Shown: piece by piece, positions 61,613-64,000 of the stretch
Position numbering within the stretch: the stretch's first letter is position 1
Layout: each line of letters starts with the position of its first letter
NCBI GenBank assembly: GCA_024137785.1
Contig: JAHRHZ010000111.1
Span: forward strand, 31,689,547-31,753,546
Length of the DNA: 64,000 nucleotides
Reading direction: 5' to 3'
Source of the DNA: Ginglymostoma cirratum
Lineage: Eukaryota
Program-made: the position numbers and the translations under genes
The notes under the pieces: model-generated
Told to the model about the DNA's origin: nothing
The model's database searches: none
What the model saw: the letters and a program-made list of their open reading frames with translations, nothing else

Positions 61613-63194
61613 TTGCAAACAACTTCAGAGGCACACACGTGAGCAATTAACATGAAAATCCGGAAGTTGCTGTTAGTGTTTCCGCATTTTCCTAAAGAGT
61701 TTAAAGTCTACTGAGAGAATCAAATATAAATCATTGAATCAAAAAGAGAACTCACATCTTTCCAGTATTTGACTCACTGTAAAAACATACTAGTGTGTAG
61801 TGTTCATAATTACATCTGAGAAACTTCTTTCGAATTGGAAAACTAATTTTATATCACTGAAATATGAATTGAGTCCATTAACGTAAAGACGAATCTATGC
61901 ATTTCCAAAAAAAGCTTGTTTACAATATTTTAGCTTCCACTTTAATCTTATATATCCTACAATGATTTATTTTGGTCTTAGTAAAATGTCATTAAAAGTG
62001 AAAGACAACCAGTGTATTTTACTGCCTGATTTACTGACTGTGAGCATAATTGGCTGATTAATCTGGTCGATGATAACCTGGCTAAACGTTTGGAGATCCT
62101 TTAGACTTGGTGCTGAATTCAAGCTGATGTCTGATAAGGGGAAAACTAAACCAAAAAGATTGCTGTAAGTTTGTGGGCAGCTTTCTTCAGGATCAATTGC
62201 ATTATTTCACAGTTGACCACAAAACTTGGGGTTGATCATTACGTGTCCCAGAGTATCGAAGAGGTATGACAAACTAAGACTGTACAGATTCCCAGCACAG
62301 GGTATCTTTAAGCTTCCCACTACTTGGGAAGCTGGGACGAACCTGCTTGTAACTCATTGGCTTGTAGATTTATCTGGAACTGATTGACTCCTTGATGCCA
62401 ACAGCAAGTCTGCCTCTGCCACATTCCCTGCCAACACCTGCAGGTTCTATCAATGAGCCAGGCTGGCTGATTAACCATCAACTGTGCCAAGGAGTACTGC
62501 AGACCACAGGTTGCTTGCCAACAGCAGATTAATCTGGACTCTCATGTGAAAAGATTTGGCAATGAGATGTGCCGACTGTGAAGCTGACTCATTTTTAGAA
62601 CAACACTTAAAGGACAACTTTCCAGAAGTACAATCAAGAATTCTGACACACGCTGTTCACAATTTTCATACTTGCCAAACGAATGGTCAGAAAACGATGG
62701 TGGAAAATATGGAGTATATACAATATATATGTTGTCGGCAGGCAGGGTTCTTTAAATGATCATACAAAGTCTGAAAAACAGTAGAGGCAAATGTTTAAAT
62801 CTTATCCAAGACGATGAATGCATTCCAGCGAGTGATCCTGTTCAGTGTGAAATATATATGGCAGGATATGCATTCCCATTTTCTTCATGGACATAGAATG
62901 TCAGCCTACTTAATTAGTTGCATAACTAATTGAAATAATATTTATTTGCAATGAGTCATGCACAGCTTATTTTTTGAACCTTTAAATGCTGTGCACAAAG
63001 CAGCAACACCTGTGAACTGAAAAACTGATGAGCAATTACGCAGGGTTCCATAATCATAGAAGGAGCAGCTATTTATGCATTGGTCTTACATATTATTTTG
63101 ACAGTCTCAAGAGATAATTTTATGCTGGTGAAAACAATCCAGAAAATAAAGCAACAGTTGAAAGTGGAACTGCATCGCTAAAATTACAGTAGCA

Positions 63195-63578
63195 ACTTGT
63201 CTGCTTCTACCATCTCCTCTGGCAGTGTGTTCCAGGTACCTACCATTCAGCTTAAAAAACTTTCATCACACATTTCCTTTCAAATTTTTCTAAGTCACCT
63301 TAAACCTTTGCCTCCTAGTAGTTGACATTTCCGCCCTGCAAAAAAGACTCTAACTTTCCACCCTAGCTATGCCTCTCATAATTTTATATACCTCTGTCAA
63401 GTTATCCGTCAGCCACCAGTGATCCAGTAAAAATGATCTAAGTTTATCCAATCATTCCTTATAGCTAATACATTCCAATCAAGGCAACATCCTAGTAAAC
63501 CTCTTTTTCACCCTCTCCAAAGCCTACAGATCCTTCTTATAGTGTGGCTAACAAATCTGCACACGCCACTCCAAACGT
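63195..63578 (-). mobile_element. CR1 3' region
   Basis: LEWRVQIC*PHYKKDL*ALERVKKRFTRMLP. Confidence 0.85.
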
Positions 63579-64000
63579 AAAACCTTTGACAAGGTTCTGC
63601 ATAGTAGACTAATTAATAAAGTTAGATCTCATGGGATTCAGGGCAAGCTTGCTAATTGGATACATAACTTAATGGCAGGAGACAGAGAGTAATGGTGGAG
63701 GGTTGCTTTTCGGACTGGAGGCCTGTGACCAGTTGTGTTCCACAGGGATCAGTTGCGGGTTCTCTTTTGTTTGTTATTTATGTAAATGATTTGGATGAAA
63801 ATATAGAAGGCACGATTAGTAAGTTTGTGGACGACACTAAAATTGGTGGCATAGCAGACAGAGAAGAAGGTTTTCAAAGATTACAGAGGGATCCTGATCA
63901 AATGGGCCAATGGGCTGAAAATTGGCAGATGGAGTTATATCTGAAAAAATGTAAGGTATTGCATTTGGTACAACAAAAGTAGGGCTTATACAACTAATGG
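63579..64000 (+). mobile_element. CR1 RT core (runs off the window)
   Basis: KTFDKVLH; ORF 63692-63982 VPQGSVAGSLLFVIYVNDLD..SKFVDDTKIGG. Confidence 0.92.

Noticed and set aside
62070-62170. Short ORF start followed by gtaagt (possible first exon)
   Set aside because: No promoter or CpG island and no recognisable peptide.

Overview
Eukaryotic, repeat-dominated window with no host protein-coding gene that I can recognise, so it is intergenic or deep intronic. The repeat content (HE1-type V-SINEs, abundant CR1 LINEs, Penelope-like elements) points to a shark or other elasmobranch genome (inference). Content: many CR1, L2, Rex1 and Tx1 LINE fragments; two SINE families that each share a 3' tail with a LINE; an internally deleted Gypsy element with a 5-bp TSD; solo LTRs; Harbinger transposase relics; a long-TIR foldback element; and a 400-N gap. 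The most striking signal is a Penelope-like (Neptune-type GIY-YIG) system. At least three pseudo-LTR families carry a minimal hammerhead-ribozyme motif (CUGANGA-A-stem-GAAA-CG/GC-UH). Several copies exist only as ~160-270 bp head-to-head palindromes with their own target-site duplications (mostly 13-14 bp) and a ~30-40 nt one-sided tail. Boundaries of old repeats are approximate and read by eye; no searches were run.
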